DNA of 63,508 bases, the filler included, from Licmophora abbreviata (taxonomy: Eukaryota): the NCBI GenBank assembly GCA_900291995.1. It is 8 parts of 8 records of this genome, joined end to end, with 100 filler letters (N's around TTAATTAATTAA, not from the genome) between each part and the next. Parts side by side here need not be neighbours in the genome. Positions count along the whole stretch, not along the records: positions 30,384 to 42,072 come from OLMU01003946.1; positions 42,173 to 43,858 come from OLMU01003947.1; positions 43,959 to 47,714 come from OLMU01003948.1; positions 47,815 to 49,800 come from OLMU01003949.1; 4 more parts are not named here. The stretch is one strand, 5' to 3'. The position numbers were made by a program, and so were the translations under genes. Below the pieces are notes generated by a model. That model saw only the letters and a program-made list of their open reading frames with translations. It searched no databases and was not told the DNA's origin. Of this stretch, positions 34,801-48,324 are shown one piece after another. Positions within the stretch are counted from its first letter, which is position 1. Every line of letters starts with the position of its first letter.

Positions 34801-37138
34801 CGCGGCCGCCTCCATCGGTACCAACCAATTTTGCGTAGAGCTCGAGCGACACCGCCATTCGACCAAGAGAATACAGCTGAGCAGCGAGCGCAGAACGCAA
34901 ATGGTTGTGCAGTTCATCCCAACGGCCGTCCTGATAAATGTACAGAGCCGATGTAAAGCATCGAAACGCGTGGTGCTCTTGCGCGGCTGAACGAAACATG
35001 TGCCCGCTCATGAGCATATGGAATGCGTATTTGCGAAACATCTCCGCTTGGTAGTAATGAGCGGAACTCTGTTCGAGCAAAACTGCGGCCCCGAGAGGGG
35101 TTTCGTGTGATGACGCTGAAGCCAACAGATCAGCTACCTCGAGGGGACGTTCAATCTGGGACATCGATGACATCACGAGACAAAGCCGCGTCGCGAGTCG
35201 GGTCGCCACGGTGGCCTGCGTGGGACGCGAGATTCCGGCAGGACGGTCGTCTTCTGCGACACGAGTGTAGTTGTAAAGCGCCGTCTCAAGAAACGAGAAA
35301 ACCTCCCGTGAGCGTCCATACGAGTCCAGCATGTACGATGAGAGCGCCATCATTTCTTGCACAGAAGCATAGTGCATCGTGGCTTTGTCGTGCTTGTAGT
35401 CGTCCTTGATCAGCCTATACATGCCATGCGCAGCTTCCCAGTCTCGCATCAGGAAAAGAGTATCCGCAAGTAGGCGGACTTGACTCTCAATGGAATCGTA
35501 TCGATACGCGACTCCTCCTTTCGTCGTCGTCTGCCGAGTCGGCGACGCCTCCTCCTTCGGCTTCCTCCAGAGGCTCTTGAATACATTTTTTACGCCCCTC
35601 TTCTTGTCTGTTACGTTCACATTCAGATCAGCGATTCGTCGCTCTAGTGCAGGAAGCAGACTTGATGTAACCATAGTTGCAATATATCGACGCAGACTTG
35701 CTCGATCCGATGTACTGAGGCAGTGACCACTGCGACCGCCGCTGTTCCAAATGTCACTTCCTTCTTGCTCAGCCAGCAGCTGTGCCGTTGCCGGAGTCAC
35801 GCTATTCATACGCACGACAGTCGCGCCGCTACCATATTGTCGTTGCATCGCCTGTTTCAGTGCGACCTCGTTGAGGTCTTTCGGGCCGTCGACTTCGTCG
35901 TGCAGCACCAAAGCTTCTTTTCGCAATTGATGTGGGTCCATGATGCCAGTTCGTCCAAAAAATGCCTGCGGCAAGTAGTGCAGACTACCCAAATCACGCA
36001 GGCAGTCGAGAGGCGATATGAGTTCATGCGAGCTGCATACTAGTAGTACAAGTGGTGGCGCATGAAACAACTCATGAGGTAGATAGTCCGTAGTTGCGTC
36101 GAGAGTGCTCCGGTACCGTACGAGCCAGGGAATGTCTGGTGGCGACGTCAAACGATATGCATCGCGCGTGACCTGCTCCAGTCGCCGCTGCCGTTCCTTG
36201 TGTAGATCCATTGTGTGCGTGTCCGATTCGTCCGTCTCCTGACTCGAGACAGGCGGATTGTCGGCCAGCAAATGATCAATCTGGTCTTCCAGCAAAGTCA
36301 TGTCGCTGGTCACATCTCCATCGCGAGACTGCAACGCAGCTTCTTCGTGCAACCACGCTTGCGCCAAGGCGTCGTCCTCAGCCAATCCTTCCTCAAAGTC
36401 TGACGCAAATAGAAACTTCACTTGCAAATCCTTCCAGTTCAACAACATGCTGCGATTGGAACTACGAAATGGAGGCAACGGCACATTGGCGCTTGCCAAG
36501 TCGCGTGAGAGTCCTCCAAGCAAGTCAGTGAGTCTCAGATTGTTCTTCCACGCCATCTGATTCGCGTGTTCTGTACTAATGACAAGAATTGGAATATGAG
36601 TCTGACGACTCGCCAAAAACGGGGGAGTGGAAGGCGACGGCGGAAAGAAGACTTTCGTCGGTTCTCGCATATGCTGTTGTTGAGCCTCCTGTTCGGAAGT
36701 TACAGGGGCGGTATCTTCCTGAACCAACAGCGGTGGTGGAGGCGGGGGGAGACTCACGAGGGTAGCTCCTGCTGACCCACTCATTCTAGGGGGAGGGGGT
36801 AAGTCCCTGACGGTTGCGGGCGTCTGAGGCACTGGGGGAGACGCAGTCGAGGCGCGAGAAGTAAAATTACTGGCAGCGCCGCCGCTGTCGCCGAAAGTCT
36901 CTCCGATTTCAGCAAATGCACTTAAATCAGCGCCCGAAGGCGGAGCAGATGGCAGCACAGGAATCCGTTCCGTCGTGACATGTAAACGAGGAGGAGGTGG
37001 CAAACTTGGAGGAGGAATGGGCAGCTCAACGGCATGGTGTGACCCCACATGGTCTTCGGTCGAAGGCAACCCCTCTCTGTCCGGTGGACTTTCCTCGTTC
37101 GCTAATTTCATGGCCGTGGCCGCGTCCTGACCGTCCAT
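31829..37138 (-). CDS. TRAPPC8: TRAPPIII subunit TRAPPC8/Trs85, 5 exons; frameshift near 33905
   Basis: Motifs YLPHELFHAP, LLPALERRI, YDSIESQVRLLADTLFL, DDYKHDKA, AAVLLEQ and RKYAFHMLMSGHMF. Introns 33778-33701, 33128-33037, 32718-32619 (AAG acceptor) and 32216-32117. Confidence 0.88.
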
Positions 37139-37589
37139 GCTGTAATTCTAGTCACAGGAGGGTCGCGCAATGGCAGTGCAAGGCGAGAAGCAGAGGCTGT
37201 CGAGAAGAATCGAACCATTGACCATTCATCGTCGAGCGACGAGTCAGTCGCCAGCGACGGCAACAAGAACGACAAGATTGCTCCTCACGATGCAGAACGC
37301 ACTGACGTCATGTGCGAACCCATTTCTAGTAAAATACAAAATACAGTTCCTAGGTCGATAGATGCAGGATAGATGCCATGCATCGGAGAACGAATGAATC
37401 GAACAACCTCCAAGCCAAGCGATGCGACGGACAACAAACTTATGTTTACGGTGCAGAGATTCGTGCTTGTAGAGCTCCTACCAATAAGACTAGATTGCTC
37501 GACACGTGATAAAAAATTAGACAATATTGTAATGTACTACTTTTGTCAAGTAAGTAGGTTCCCTGCGCACCAGAGGCACCCCGCCCAGT

Positions 37590-39312
37590 CTACGACGCAG
37601 CCTCCCGCCGCTGAATCTTTAGGTCTTCCTCTTCCTCTTCGTCCATGGCGATCTCTTCCACTTGCAACTGTAATAGCCTGGCGATGTCGCTCCTTCCTCG
37701 TTGGAGAACTTCGTGGCAAGCAGCTCGGTAGAAGTGCTCATGCTCAGAAACGACAGAAAGGAAAGACACGAATGACGACGACGATTCGTCTGCGCGCTGC
37801 CGCTCTTGCTGTATCTGTTTCAAGACCACGTGAAGTATCCGGATACATTCACTTGATATCACTGGTTCCCAGTTCAAGACTGCAGACCTGTAGAATACTT
37901 GAACCACCACGCCAACACCGGAGCAAGCGAAGCGGCTTACATCCATCGCAAGCTGCGTCCTCATGGAGCGGACACCACGCAAAGGAGATCGACACAAAGT
38001 GTATTGTATGACTTGAAGAATGCTAACAAGAAACGCGGCGCTCACTAAAGGCATACGGGGTCGGAGGGCGGTGTACTTCGTCTCCAATAGATCCAGCAAG
38101 ATGCCGAGAAAGTCGTGCGACAAGTCATCCAGCTCTTGGACGCACAACCAGCCCCCACAGTCCCGAAGTAGCTTCAAGGACTGAGTAGCGCGCTCGAGGT
38201 GGCCGTCATCGCTCGGTGGTGATATCGATGAATCTTTCATCAGCAATGTCCTCGAGGAGCGACTTGCCTTGACGGCGCCCTCGGAAGAAACAAGTAGGGG
38301 GAGAAGTATCTTGACAATCGGCGCCGTCGAACTACCACAGAGCAACCTCTGCCAAAAGGACATTTCGCTTGCTGGGACATCCGATAGCAACGAGGCAAGA
38401 ATTTGAATCTTTATATGAGCATCCAAGGATAGTAGCTCTTCCTGCAAACGACTGGCGACTTGTCGTGTGTACAGAACGTGCTGTGGGTCATGTCCAGTTG
38501 AAGCCGTTGAGGAATGCTGTGCGGCCGCCCCCAGCGGTTCGCGTATTGACAAGGACATCTGATTCCATGACATGTCTCCACCGCCGCTGATCCGACTGTG
38601 CGACGTAGGTGTCGCCGATTGCGTGTAGTCGCCTCCATTCATCGCATTCCTAAGTTCTCTCCTCGCCCACGCACTGTATGTGAGCACATCGTTCAGCCAC
38701 TGCCAGTTCTGAAATTGCTGCGTATCGCCGCCCGCAAGACACATGTCAACAAGCTGCCAGAGTAGATGGCTCGTCGCATTGTATGGGTTCGAAGCAGGAG
38801 AGTCGAGCAGCGCGAGCAGGTTCGTGGGTAATGACGAGGCATGGGGCTGCTGAAGTAGATGCTGGATCAGAGGGTACGATAGGGATGAAGTCTGAGTCAG
38901 GGAGTCATATCTCGATTCAATAGAAGCAGCGCTTTCCTTTTGCCCACCAGAAACTATCGGCTTTCCGGTCATCGCAGGAGTGACGGCGATGCCTCTTGTG
39001 CCGTGTGGCCGCGCTGCCACCTGTTTTCGAATCTGCGCCACCTTGTAATCGGCTTCCGCTTGGACACTTGCCATGGTCGCCGACAATTCAAAGTAGGCAT
39101 CATTCTGTTCTTCTAGCGACCGTTGGAGTGACTCAATCTGGAAATGAGGGGAGACCCAGGGACAAAGATGAGCGTCACTGTAAGGGCGATCATCGGTATA
39201 TCCATGAAAGGCCGGACGACGCGTCGTCGACTTTCTTCATTTGAGAGCGTACCTGTTGCTGAAGACTTCGAACGTGTGCCGGATCGGTCAAACTCTGATG
39301 AAGGGACGACAT
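37590..39312 (-). CDS. Hypothetical protein with an N-terminal coiled coil and helical body, 2 exons
   Basis: Exon 39312-39253, intron 39252-39138 (GTACGC..CAG) and exon 39137-37590 join in frame (LQQQ|IESLQRSLEEQ). No family recognised. Confidence 0.6.
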
Positions 39313-39800
39313 GTTAGTGGCCGATGATCAGACAAGCAGACGAATCGCCATCACTCTCGTCGACAGCATCATGGGCATGGGCTGGTGGGCGCTGTGCGAT
39401 GTTCGATGTACGAGCCGCGACAAAACACGAGGATACCGCAGGCGGTGCCGTGACTGTCTGTGCGTCAGCCCTTTCGATTCACAAAAGCCCACTCGTGACT
39501 AGACCAATCGAGTCACGAGCAACGTTGCGGCCGTTTAGCGAACGAAGACGCGTCGATTTTATTTTCCAATTTGCGTTTGTTCAACTTGCTTACCTGTGCT
39601 CTGCATCCACAAGGTATCGGTAGAGGAGATCTGGCAGCTTACCGATAGTCTACACCTGGCACCCATCACAGTGGAAATGCCAGCTCCCACTGCAGCACAC
39701 AACCACATCAAAACCTTGTCTAAACATAACGATTAACAACCTGCTAATTGACAGTTCAGCCGCCTCTCGATAGCACATGCCCACCTCCATGCTATGACTA

Positions 39801-41350
39801 TTACTTGCTTCGCTTGTAAATCTTCTTCAGCAAGAGCTCAAACACATCCCTTGGCATAAGTGTCACCTTATCCAAATTCGCCTGGATCGCCTTGTAGCTA
39901 TCCTCCTCGTACTTTTCAAAGATGGCTGGCAGTCCAAGTTCCTCCTTGTAGAGCTTCTTGACTTTTGCGACCTTGCGATCGTCCCACTGACCGTAGTTAT
40001 CGTTCAAGAGCTTTCGCTGTGCCGGCGTAGCGCGATCCAGTGCCTGAACGACGAGCCACGAGCATTTGTTGTCTTGAATGTCGGTTCCGACCTGAAACCA
40101 AGCACGACAAATGTGAAAAGAGAACGTGAGACCTGCAAAGGATCGGCACAGATTCTATGCCCGACATGTACAGACCTTTCCGATGACTTCGGGGTCTCCA
40201 AAGCAATCCAAGTAGTCGTCCTGGATCTGAAAGTACTGTTGGGGCGCGGCAATGAATAGAACAGACCCGCGTTAGTTCCGAAGTCACGAACGGAAAATCA
40301 ATATAATGCACAGGACGTACCTCGCCCATTTGCAGACACAGCTTCTCCGCCAAGTCGAATGCCTCATCACTCTTGACGCCACTCGTGATCATTCCAATTG
40401 CAACCGGAAGATAGAACGTATAGTAGGCTGTCTTGTACTTGACAATCTGCTGGTATCGTTGCAACGTGAACCGGGACAAATCCATCTTGGGCTTCTTCGT
40501 ATTGTGATCCATCGGCTGACTCGTCAAGTCGAGCAGCTGACCGATTTCCGTCTTTTGAGTTACATCCAAGAAAAGTCTGTACGAGAGAGTAGCCATATCA
40601 TCAGTGACATGTAATGTACAAGTTTCACTTCGCACCTCGCGTCTTTCTCTGAACTTACTCGACTAGCTCCAGGTAGTACGGCTCGTCGCCAAAGTGACGC
40701 TTCAAGAGATAGAACACCATGCTCTCCAGCAGAAAGGAATCGTTAATCGCGATGAGCTGCACTTCAGGAAGACGGAACCACGCAGGTTGTCCGCGACGTG
40801 TCGGCGAATCGTCCATGACATCGTCTGCGACGAGAAAGAAAGCTTGAAGAAACTCAATGGCCCATCCCAAGACACTCGCTCTGGCAATCTGAACCGGAGT
40901 CAACCTGCCACCAGACAGAGTGCGATGGACACTAACGACGGTGGTACCGCGATTCAATTTTCCTCCCGGCACCGTATAGTCCATCATTCGTTGGATCCAG
41001 TCGAGCGACTCCTGCGGCAGATTCGTTTTGGTTTTGAAATACTCCAGGATTTCCTCTCGCAGCATGGGATACATGCATTTAAATTGATCTTTTTCAGTCG
41101 AGGCCTCTTTGATTTCCTTCCAAGGATAGCTGGATTTCGTTGCTCTCTTCGACGAAGCCCCAGAGTAGCTGCCGTGGCTTACGCTGACGGCACAAAACAC
41201 GAGACTGAACAGCAGCCCCAGAAACGCCAGTTGATCGATCGTCGTCAACGTTTCGAGAAATCCATCCAAAGTTTGATCTAGAATTCCAGAACTGTTCAGA
41301 CGGCCCAAGCAAAAGGCCATGGTGGCCATGGAGATGGCCAAAGCGCTCAT
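39801..41350 (-). CDS. FDPS: Farnesyl diphosphate synthase with a hydrophobic N-terminal extension, 4 exons
   Basis: Exons 41350-40659, 40576-40321, 40235-40176 and 40091-39801. Motifs [25 protein letters not shown] (FARM), [21 protein letters not shown] (SARM), [11 protein letters not shown] and C-terminal KIYKRSK. Confidence 0.95.
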
Positions 41351-42072
41351 GGTCGACGGGTCTCAATGAATGCTCCTTGTACGAAATGTGTCGGCGCTCG
41401 GCGCAGCGGTGCGGATTATCTACGTCATCGTCATTGGAGGCACATGCAACGCACACTGGTAGACGGCTCAAATGACTGACTCGACTCGACTCGGCTCCCT
41501 CGACTAGCGCTGGTTCGGCTTCGCGCACTAGCTAGTGCAGCTAGATCCTCTTTGATTGCTCTTGTCGACCCTCCGGAAGGCTTTCTCCCTAACCAAGTCA
41601 TTCTCGTTTTCTAATTCTGCTAGTTCTGCTAGTTCTGCTACTTATTATTGGTTCTTCTTGTCGACCATCAACCCAACATTGCAACGACGGTTGAAAATGA
41701 CGAATCAAAGACGTACTGGCTTTCTGAGGGTACGGACTACGAAAGGTTGTTGCTCTAACTATAATACTGGTAGATCGATCCTACAATTGAAGAATTGGCT
41801 TGGTACCACGTAACGCTAATTTATTGCACATAGGTGTATCATAGCTATAGTCAAATCAAGAGACCCACAAGTCAACTTAGTTCCAAGCCAGCGCAGCAGT
41901 CGCGACGCTTCCGACAGTTGCCACCCATCGGTTGTGATATGTGCTCGATACCGCGGAGGTAGGAGTGAAAGAAGCCATCGATGGACTGATAGATGGCAGT
42001 GATGACATTGGCGGATTATCAGTAGGCGGTGGAGCAGTGGACGGCGCGTCGGTGGGGTCCGGGGCGATCGTC

Positions 42073-42172
42073 NNNNNNNNNNNNNNNNNNNNNNNNNNNN
42101 NNNNNNNNNNNNNNNNTTAATTAATTAANNNNNNNNNNNNNNNNNNNNNNNNNNNNNNNNNNNNNNNNNNNN
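42073..42172. other. Artificial scaffold spacer
   Basis: 44 N + TTAATTAATTAA + 44 N. Confidence 0.98.
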
Positions 42173-43069
42173 TCACATTCAGCACCGGAGCGATGGAGAG
42201 CGAGGAGAGAAGCGAGAAGGAAGAAGGTCTTTGTCGCAACGGAAGCGAGCACAAACGTATGATTGGAACAGTGCACGCGGCTGCTACTTCTTCTGGATCT
42301 TTGTGCATGACCGGACGGAACTCGTCGATGACCTTCGCCCATCCAAGCAGGACATAGATGTCTCTGCCACTGTCGAAAGCAGGAGCTAGTGACCATCATT
42401 GAAGGCAAAAAATTTCCATCATGCAGTCGAGTCATACCTGGTACAAGGGTGACTAGAGATTGGCGCGCAGTCAGCAGCATTGAGTGAACACAGCAGACAA
42501 AGTTATGTATGATACTGGCGTGCTCTCACGAGCATTAGCATCATGATGCTGCGCGCATTCCGCCTTCGTATGTATTGCCCAACGGAGACACTTTATTTAT
42601 GCCCACAATTTCCGTTAAGTGCGTTGGACACTTATGACTCACACCAGGCTGAATTAGTTCAATCTACATTTTTACGTCCATCCACGCGTTCTTTTCTGTA
42701 CTTACCGAGCCAGGCCATCTCGGATGGAAAGGCCGGCGATTTTCTACCAAGTTTATACGAACATCCGCTCGTAGCAATTGCCGGCTAGCGTGCTCTCTAA
42801 CAAATGCTCTCCTCCGATCGCTATCATTGCAATCGCTAGTGCGCCGCCCAGCAAAATTGAAAATGACGAAAAGCGTTATCGACTTTGGCAACGCCGTGGT
42901 GGAGGTGAGGGCCTTCCAACGCACATCTTTCTAACGCTCTCTCCCATTCATATTTCGATGGTCATATCGGACTAATGCAGCCACGGCGGATCTGATGGAG
43001 TCGTCGGTTTGGCAGTATGGCAAAAATTGATCGAGATATGGCTGATCGAATCTCCCAGTCAGCGCCTTT

Positions 43070-43678
43070 TTGTGCGGCTCGTCAAGACTACAAAAGTCGA
43101 CCGATCTCAAGGATGACGATCGTTTCTCGACAGCAAGAAGAGGAAGAAGCACTCGATGCATGATACCTGACCATAACATTTTAGTTTTGTTTGTCCGTAT
43201 GAGCAAGGGCGTCTTTCTCTGTTGTGGCAAGTGTCGCGCTTTCCCGCCGAACCCTGTGGATCTCGGGTCAGAGCGCGCGTCGGGCGACTGGTCGCTTGTT
43301 GAACTGACTCTAGAGCTACTAGACTGGGCTACACTTCAGAACTGCGACGATTTCAGCAAAATGGTTGATCGCGATAGCGCTACACTCGATCGCACGGACG
43401 CAAAAGTGACCACCGGTGTGCGGCGCAGAGGCGGACGCCTGCAAAGTAAACACTCGCGCGGGCTGCGGGGTACGCCATTGGACGAGATAGTGCTTGCGGG
43501 CAACATTGTCGGTGCTGTAACCAAGGCGTTGGAACGGTCACGCGCTAGCCTGGAAGAGAGGTCTCTTGAATTCGGTCTGTTGACTCTGAAGAAAGAGCTG
43601 GAGATGGCGTGTACTCCTCGAGCAATCGAAGCGGTCCGGGTCGTTGACGAGATAGCAACGAGACTACACGAGTCTTGA
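43070..43678 (+). CDS. Possible hypothetical protein or last exon; 5' structure unresolved
   Basis: 202-codon ORF with a protein-like helical C-terminal half. I could not build a clean upstream exon. Confidence 0.3.
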   Translation: MCGSSRLQKSTDLKDDDRFSTARRGRSTRCMIPDHNILVLFVRMSKGVFLCCGKCRAFPPNPVDLGSERASGDWSLVELTLELLDWATLQNCDDFSKMVDRDSATLDRTDAKVTTGVRRRGGRLQSKHSRGLRGTPLDEIVLAGNIVGAVTKALERSRASLEERSLEFGLLTLKKELEMACTPRAIEAVRVVDEIATRLHES

Positions 43679-43858
43679 CGGCTTTGGGGATGCCCCTTTC
43701 TCGCGTGCAAGAAGTGGTGGTATAAGTCTCTTCGTTAAGTTTCCTAATTAAATTTAGGTTGCGTTGGGTTGCTGTTGCCTTCACTAGTGCCATATCTAGT
43801 CGCTCTACACATTAGAGCATTCCCGAGCCAGCTCCTCATGCCCATGAATGTCGACCCC

Positions 43859-43958
43859 NNNNNNNNNNNNNNNNNNNNNNNNNNNNNNNNNNNNNNNNNN
43901 NNTTAATTAATTAANNNNNNNNNNNNNNNNNNNNNNNNNNNNNNNNNNNNNNNNNNNN
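43859..43958. other. Artificial scaffold spacer
   Basis: 44 N + TTAATTAATTAA + 44 N. Confidence 0.98.
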
Positions 43959-44077
43959 AAGAGCACCCAGACTTGTTTCGTCAATAGGTTACTGAATCGT
44001 ACTACACTTGTTCCAACGACTGATATTCTAATATTTGAAAGTTCGCCCTAGCTAGAGTGTCGCTCCCAACTTTGTCT

Positions 44078-45853
44078 CTATATTTTGCTACTTGGAAAGC
44101 GTGGTGGTTCTCCGACTCCTCTGCAGAGGTCGTGGACGAGCTGAGCCGCCTTGGACGCTAACGCATCGGCATGTTGAGGCAATGACGCTTCGGCGTAAAC
44201 TCGCACCACATTCTCGGTTCCACTAGGACGCACAAAGCACCTCCCTCCTTTTGTTGCCTTCATGGCATCGTCCAGAGCATTCTGCAGTTCAATTGGATGG
44301 ACGCACTTGGTCTCGTTCTCGTTTGTCTGAATGACGGACCGGTCCTGAACCTTGACCTTGCACTGTCGACTTGGAAGATCTCGATATAGTCCGTCCCAGT
44401 CTTCCATAGACAATCCCTGTAGCTTCAAGATTGCATCAACCAAGAGCATGTCACTCAATGCATCGCCGACGGCCTGGTTGACGAGAGATGGTAGGAGACA
44501 AAGGCGGCGAAGCGCCATGCAGTCGGTGTCACTTCCAAGAATCATCTTGGCGTTGCCCATCGCATTGTCAAATTTCTCACCAAATAAAACTGTGCCGTGC
44601 CCGTTCGCTTCAAAGTAGACACCTACATCCAACCTAGTCTCCGCTGTGTGATGAACATGCTTTACACCAGTCTTGGCGATCAGCACGCGGTGCTCGCCGA
44701 GAACGTTTCGGAGATAGGCCGTCGAGGCCCCGTTTGCGTATGCCGTCTGCACAACACCCAGTTTCAATAGCGGTTGCAGTGAAGCACCTTTGAGTCGCAG
44801 TGCAGCTTCTAGCTGCTGCATCTCGTGCTGAAGAAAGGCACAAATTAACGTCGCAATCTTATCACCGTCAGCCAAGGCGATCGTGTTGCGCTTTGTCGAA
44901 AAGAAAACGATCCGATCGGCATCTCCGTCAAGCGAACAAGCGTACGGGAGCGTGCTGCCATCAAAGGAATCCTCTTCGTCGTACCATTTCGGAGGACATA
45001 CTTCTTTCTGCACGTGCTCCGATCCACAATTCTCGTTGAGGGGTCCTTCTCCCGGCGCGTTGCGCGCTACGAGCCGTCGACAAGCAGTTGGATCGAGCTT
45101 TTGCAGAATTTCATGCAGACGAACGACGTGGCCGTATCCGACACCACACGCACAGTCCACTACCATCGGAAGGACCGGTGTACTACCTGACGGCATGGAA
45201 CCATTCGTCAAGATCAAGTTGTGGTAGGAGTGCGCCAACAAGTCGTAGTAGCCCGAGACATTCGGTCGAGGTGGAATCAAGAGTGGCAGATATTGCGGGT
45301 TGGCGTGTCGCACAGCGTGATGTAGCATTGGTGTCGTAACGACACCATGAGAGGCAACGGGGACTCCCATGGCCTGGGCTGCCCGCATGGCAAGCTGCGA
45401 GAGGGCAGGCGAGTGCGATCGAGTGTCCCTGCCGACATGCACCAGTGCCGAAGGGACCCCGGCATCGCTGCTCTGTTTCTGAATCCAGTCTATGACTTCC
45501 TCAGTATTGCTCATGTTTGCGAGTTCCACCGCCATCGCTTCGCCGTCGCTTGCCATCATTCCTCCATTGGGATCCGAAAGCTTGACTCCATTGTAGCTTT
45601 CGTCATTGTGCGACGCGGTGATCATGATTCCGACGTCTTGTCCGAGCTGGGTGGCTCGGAGCGCTGCGAGAATTCCCACTCGAACCATGATAGACTCCAA
45701 CAGGCTTGCATCGTAACGAAAGCCAGCGGTACCGTACGAGAATGAGAAAGGCTTGCCCGTATGACTGTCAGTGGGCACCGGATATCGCTGTATCAGACGA
45801 GTCAGTTCATCATCGCTTTTTTTGGCGGGAAGCACATTCGGACGATCTTCCAT
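44078..45853 (-). CDS. PGM3: Phosphoacetylglucosamine mutase
   Basis: YGTAGFR, MITASHN (phospho-Ser loop), SLDGDADR (metal loop), YFEANGHG and FVRPSGTE. First ATG at 45853. Confidence 0.95.
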   Translation of the reverse strand: MEDRPNVLPAKKSDDELTRLIQRYPVPTDSHTGKPFSFSYGTAGFRYDASLLESIMVRVGILAALRATQLGQDVGIMITASHNDESYNGVKLSDPNGGMMASDGEAMAVELANMSNTEEVIDWIQKQSSDAGVPSALVHVGRDTRSHSPALSQLAMRAAQAMGVPVASHGVVTTPMLHHAVRHANPQYLPLLIPPRPNVSGYYDLLAHSYHNLILTNGSMPSGSTPVLPMVVDCACGVGYGHVVRLHEILQKLDPTACRRLVARNAPGEGPLNENCGSEHVQKEVCPPKWYDEEDSFDGSTLPYACSLDGDADRIVFFSTKRNTIALADGDKIATLICAFLQHEMQQLEAALRLKGASLQPLLKLGVVQTAYANGASTAYLRNVLGEHRVLIAKTGVKHVHHTAETRLDVGVYFEANGHGTVLFGEKFDNAMGNAKMILGSDTDCMALRRLCLLPSLVNQAVGDALSDMLLVDAILKLQGLSMEDWDGLYRDLPSRQCKVKVQDRSVIQTNENETKCVHPIELQNALDDAMKATKGGRCFVRPSGTENVVRVYAEASLPQHADALASKAAQLVHDLCRGVGEPPRFPSSKI

Positions 45854-46151
45854 CTTTGTCGGAGGGGAATCAGGGTGCAAAGAGATCAAATGTACACTGA
45901 AGATGGGCGTTCGGTATGTATGAATGAACGCAGGGTGAGTCAATCCAGGACCGTCGTGGCTGCCACTCCAACTTTGTGGTCATTCTGTGTCGAAAGAAAT
46001 GTCGAAACTGGAATGAATCTGAAATCTGAAATCACGAGCCGGCCCGTCGCGCTGACCTGTCCGCCGACCCCATCGCAATTTTTGGCGCGCAATGATAACT
46101 GCGCTAACATCGCACGGCACTCCAAAACTCATCCCACACCGGAAAGCCACC

Positions 46152-48126
46152 ATGGCGAAGCATGCGAAGCATTCCTCGCTGCTTGACGAGAATGACTCGT
46201 CCGACGACTCCCTTCTCCTCGACTATAGTCCGTTTGGCTCCAGGTCGTCAAAGAAGCGAACGCGACGTGAACAGGAAGAAAACTCGCACCGCAAGGAGCG
46301 CAAGCGCAGCAGGCAGAAAACCGAGCAAGACGTACCGCCGCAGACAGAACCAGCAGCTGTGAGCGTCGATGTCCCGAAAGATGAAGGCTGCATGGGGGGA
46401 CGTGACGACTCTGACAAGGATAGTATCGCATCGGAAGACATGGAGACTCCCTATGCAGAGAACCTGCTGTCCGACGACGATGACATAGACTGGGACGAAG
46501 ACACGCTTTCCGATAAGCGCACAGAACCACTGCGACCTGGAGATGTCATTGCCTACTGTGATCCAATCTTTGTGGCCGGGGATTCGCGTGGCAAACGAAA
46601 AGCTACTGTCCTCAACACGGACCCCGATCGATCCACCATGATCACACTGTCGAACGGGGAAATACTGCCGAACGACACGGAGGTCAAGCGTACGAAGGTT
46701 TTCGAGTATGGGAAACTTCATCCGCATCCACACGGGCTTTTTCGTCCTATTGAGTCCTTCCGAATCACCAAGCTGGGATCCGGTGGACTCGAGGCAGGCT
46801 TTCAGCACGCGGCACGTCGCGTCAGCCGAATCGTTGACAAGAACGTCGTCAAGCTACAGAAACGTGCAAAGTTGGATGGGTTTGCTCCGACGGACATACT
46901 TCACAAGGGAATCAACTCACGCATACCTAAGGGAAACCCCACGACTTCTAGTGATCCCTGTGAGAGCATTGAATCCTTTAGCGACGAGTCACGTCCACCG
47001 AAACGAAGGGCTCCCGTCGGTCCCGGTCCGAGTAGCACTCTTCGTGGCCGTCGCACGAAACGACTTTGCAGTGTGAAGAGACGATATGCCCGATCCTCAG
47101 AGCTAATCAATTCAGAATCAGAGGTGGAGGAACGTTCAGTATTACACCCGAAGCTGACAGGAATCGATAAACCTACATGGAACGCCACGTCTGCGGCTTT
47201 GAGCTCGTCTGAATCAAGCGATTCCGAGCCCATCGGTTTCGTCCAGGATCGGAAACGCAAGAACCTTGTAGAAGCTCGGCCCAAACATAAAGACACATTG
47301 ACCAGGAACAGCGACTCTGAAGCCTCCGTTGATTCTGTCGAAGAAGGGATTACCAAAGGCGCGCGGCCCCCCGCTCTGACGAACAAGACCTCTTTGCCGC
47401 GGAGAGTCGGCGTTGGCCTGCAACATACTCGCCGTGGTTCGAAGAAAGCCGAGAAGAAGACGCCTGTCTTGAAGCTATCCTCGCTTCGAAAAAAGTGCAT
47501 ACGCAATGATAACGATGTGGGCCTGTCCAGCGATAGCAGCAATCATTCGGCCTGCCGAAGCATGGATTCGACAGGCAAAACTGGCGTTCCGGGTGCAGGC
47601 AGTCACACGAGCACACAAGCTTCTCCCAACGCAACGCTATCATCGATCCAACAGACCTTTAGTCCCGTTGTCGATCTAACCCAGGAGACGAAGCTTGCGA
47701 GTTCAACTTCTATGNNNNNNNNNNNNNNNNNNNNNNNNNNNNNNNNNNNNNNNNNNNNTTAATTAATTAANNNNNNNNNNNNNNNNNNNNNNNNNNNNNN
47801 NNNNNNNNNNNNNNCACAGCTCGCGAAAGGACCGCCAGCATATCAGCGTCACGGATTTTTTGAAGACACCAACGGGAGCTCCGGAGGGAGAGACTGATTT
47901 TCTGGATTCGGACGACGACGACGAGTCCAGGCGTCCTGCTCTGCACATGAAGCGTTTGTCGCGTTCTGCTGGGAACTCGTCGGCCTTCAAAGAGAACCTG
48001 AAGGCTTCCCCGCAGTCCCCTGTTGAAGACATGGCATCGAATTGGAATACGCCCAGGACCTGTAGCTCCAAGAAAACCCGCAAGACGTACGGTAGCAGGA
48101 GCCGCAAGTATCATCCGAAGACCTGA
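46152..48126 (+). CDS. Large low-complexity hypothetical protein interrupted by a gap
   Basis: Open from 46152 to 47714 up to the gap, and from 47815 to 48126 after it. One globular-looking block (LRPGDVIAYCDPIFVAGD...FRPIESF). Continuity across the gap is inferred. Confidence 0.6.
47715..47814. other. Artificial scaffold spacer
   Basis: 44 N + TTAATTAATTAA + 44 N. Confidence 0.98.
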
Positions 48127-48324
48127 GGCATCCAATATCTCTCGCACCAGTAGCGTCGTGCTTTCGACGGCGAGCCATGCGTCGCGACATTCCTCGATTT
48201 CAGACTGTACAGAAATACGGTAGACGTAAAGATAGGTTCATATGCACCAACATTTGCAACAACAATTCGACCTACGGTAGACAAGAACTGTTCTAAATAG
48301 TGCGATATCCCTCTACGTGGACTA

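Noticed and set aside
41556..43069. Short ORFs around the 42073 gap
   Set aside because: No consistent exon structure or recognisable motif could be built.
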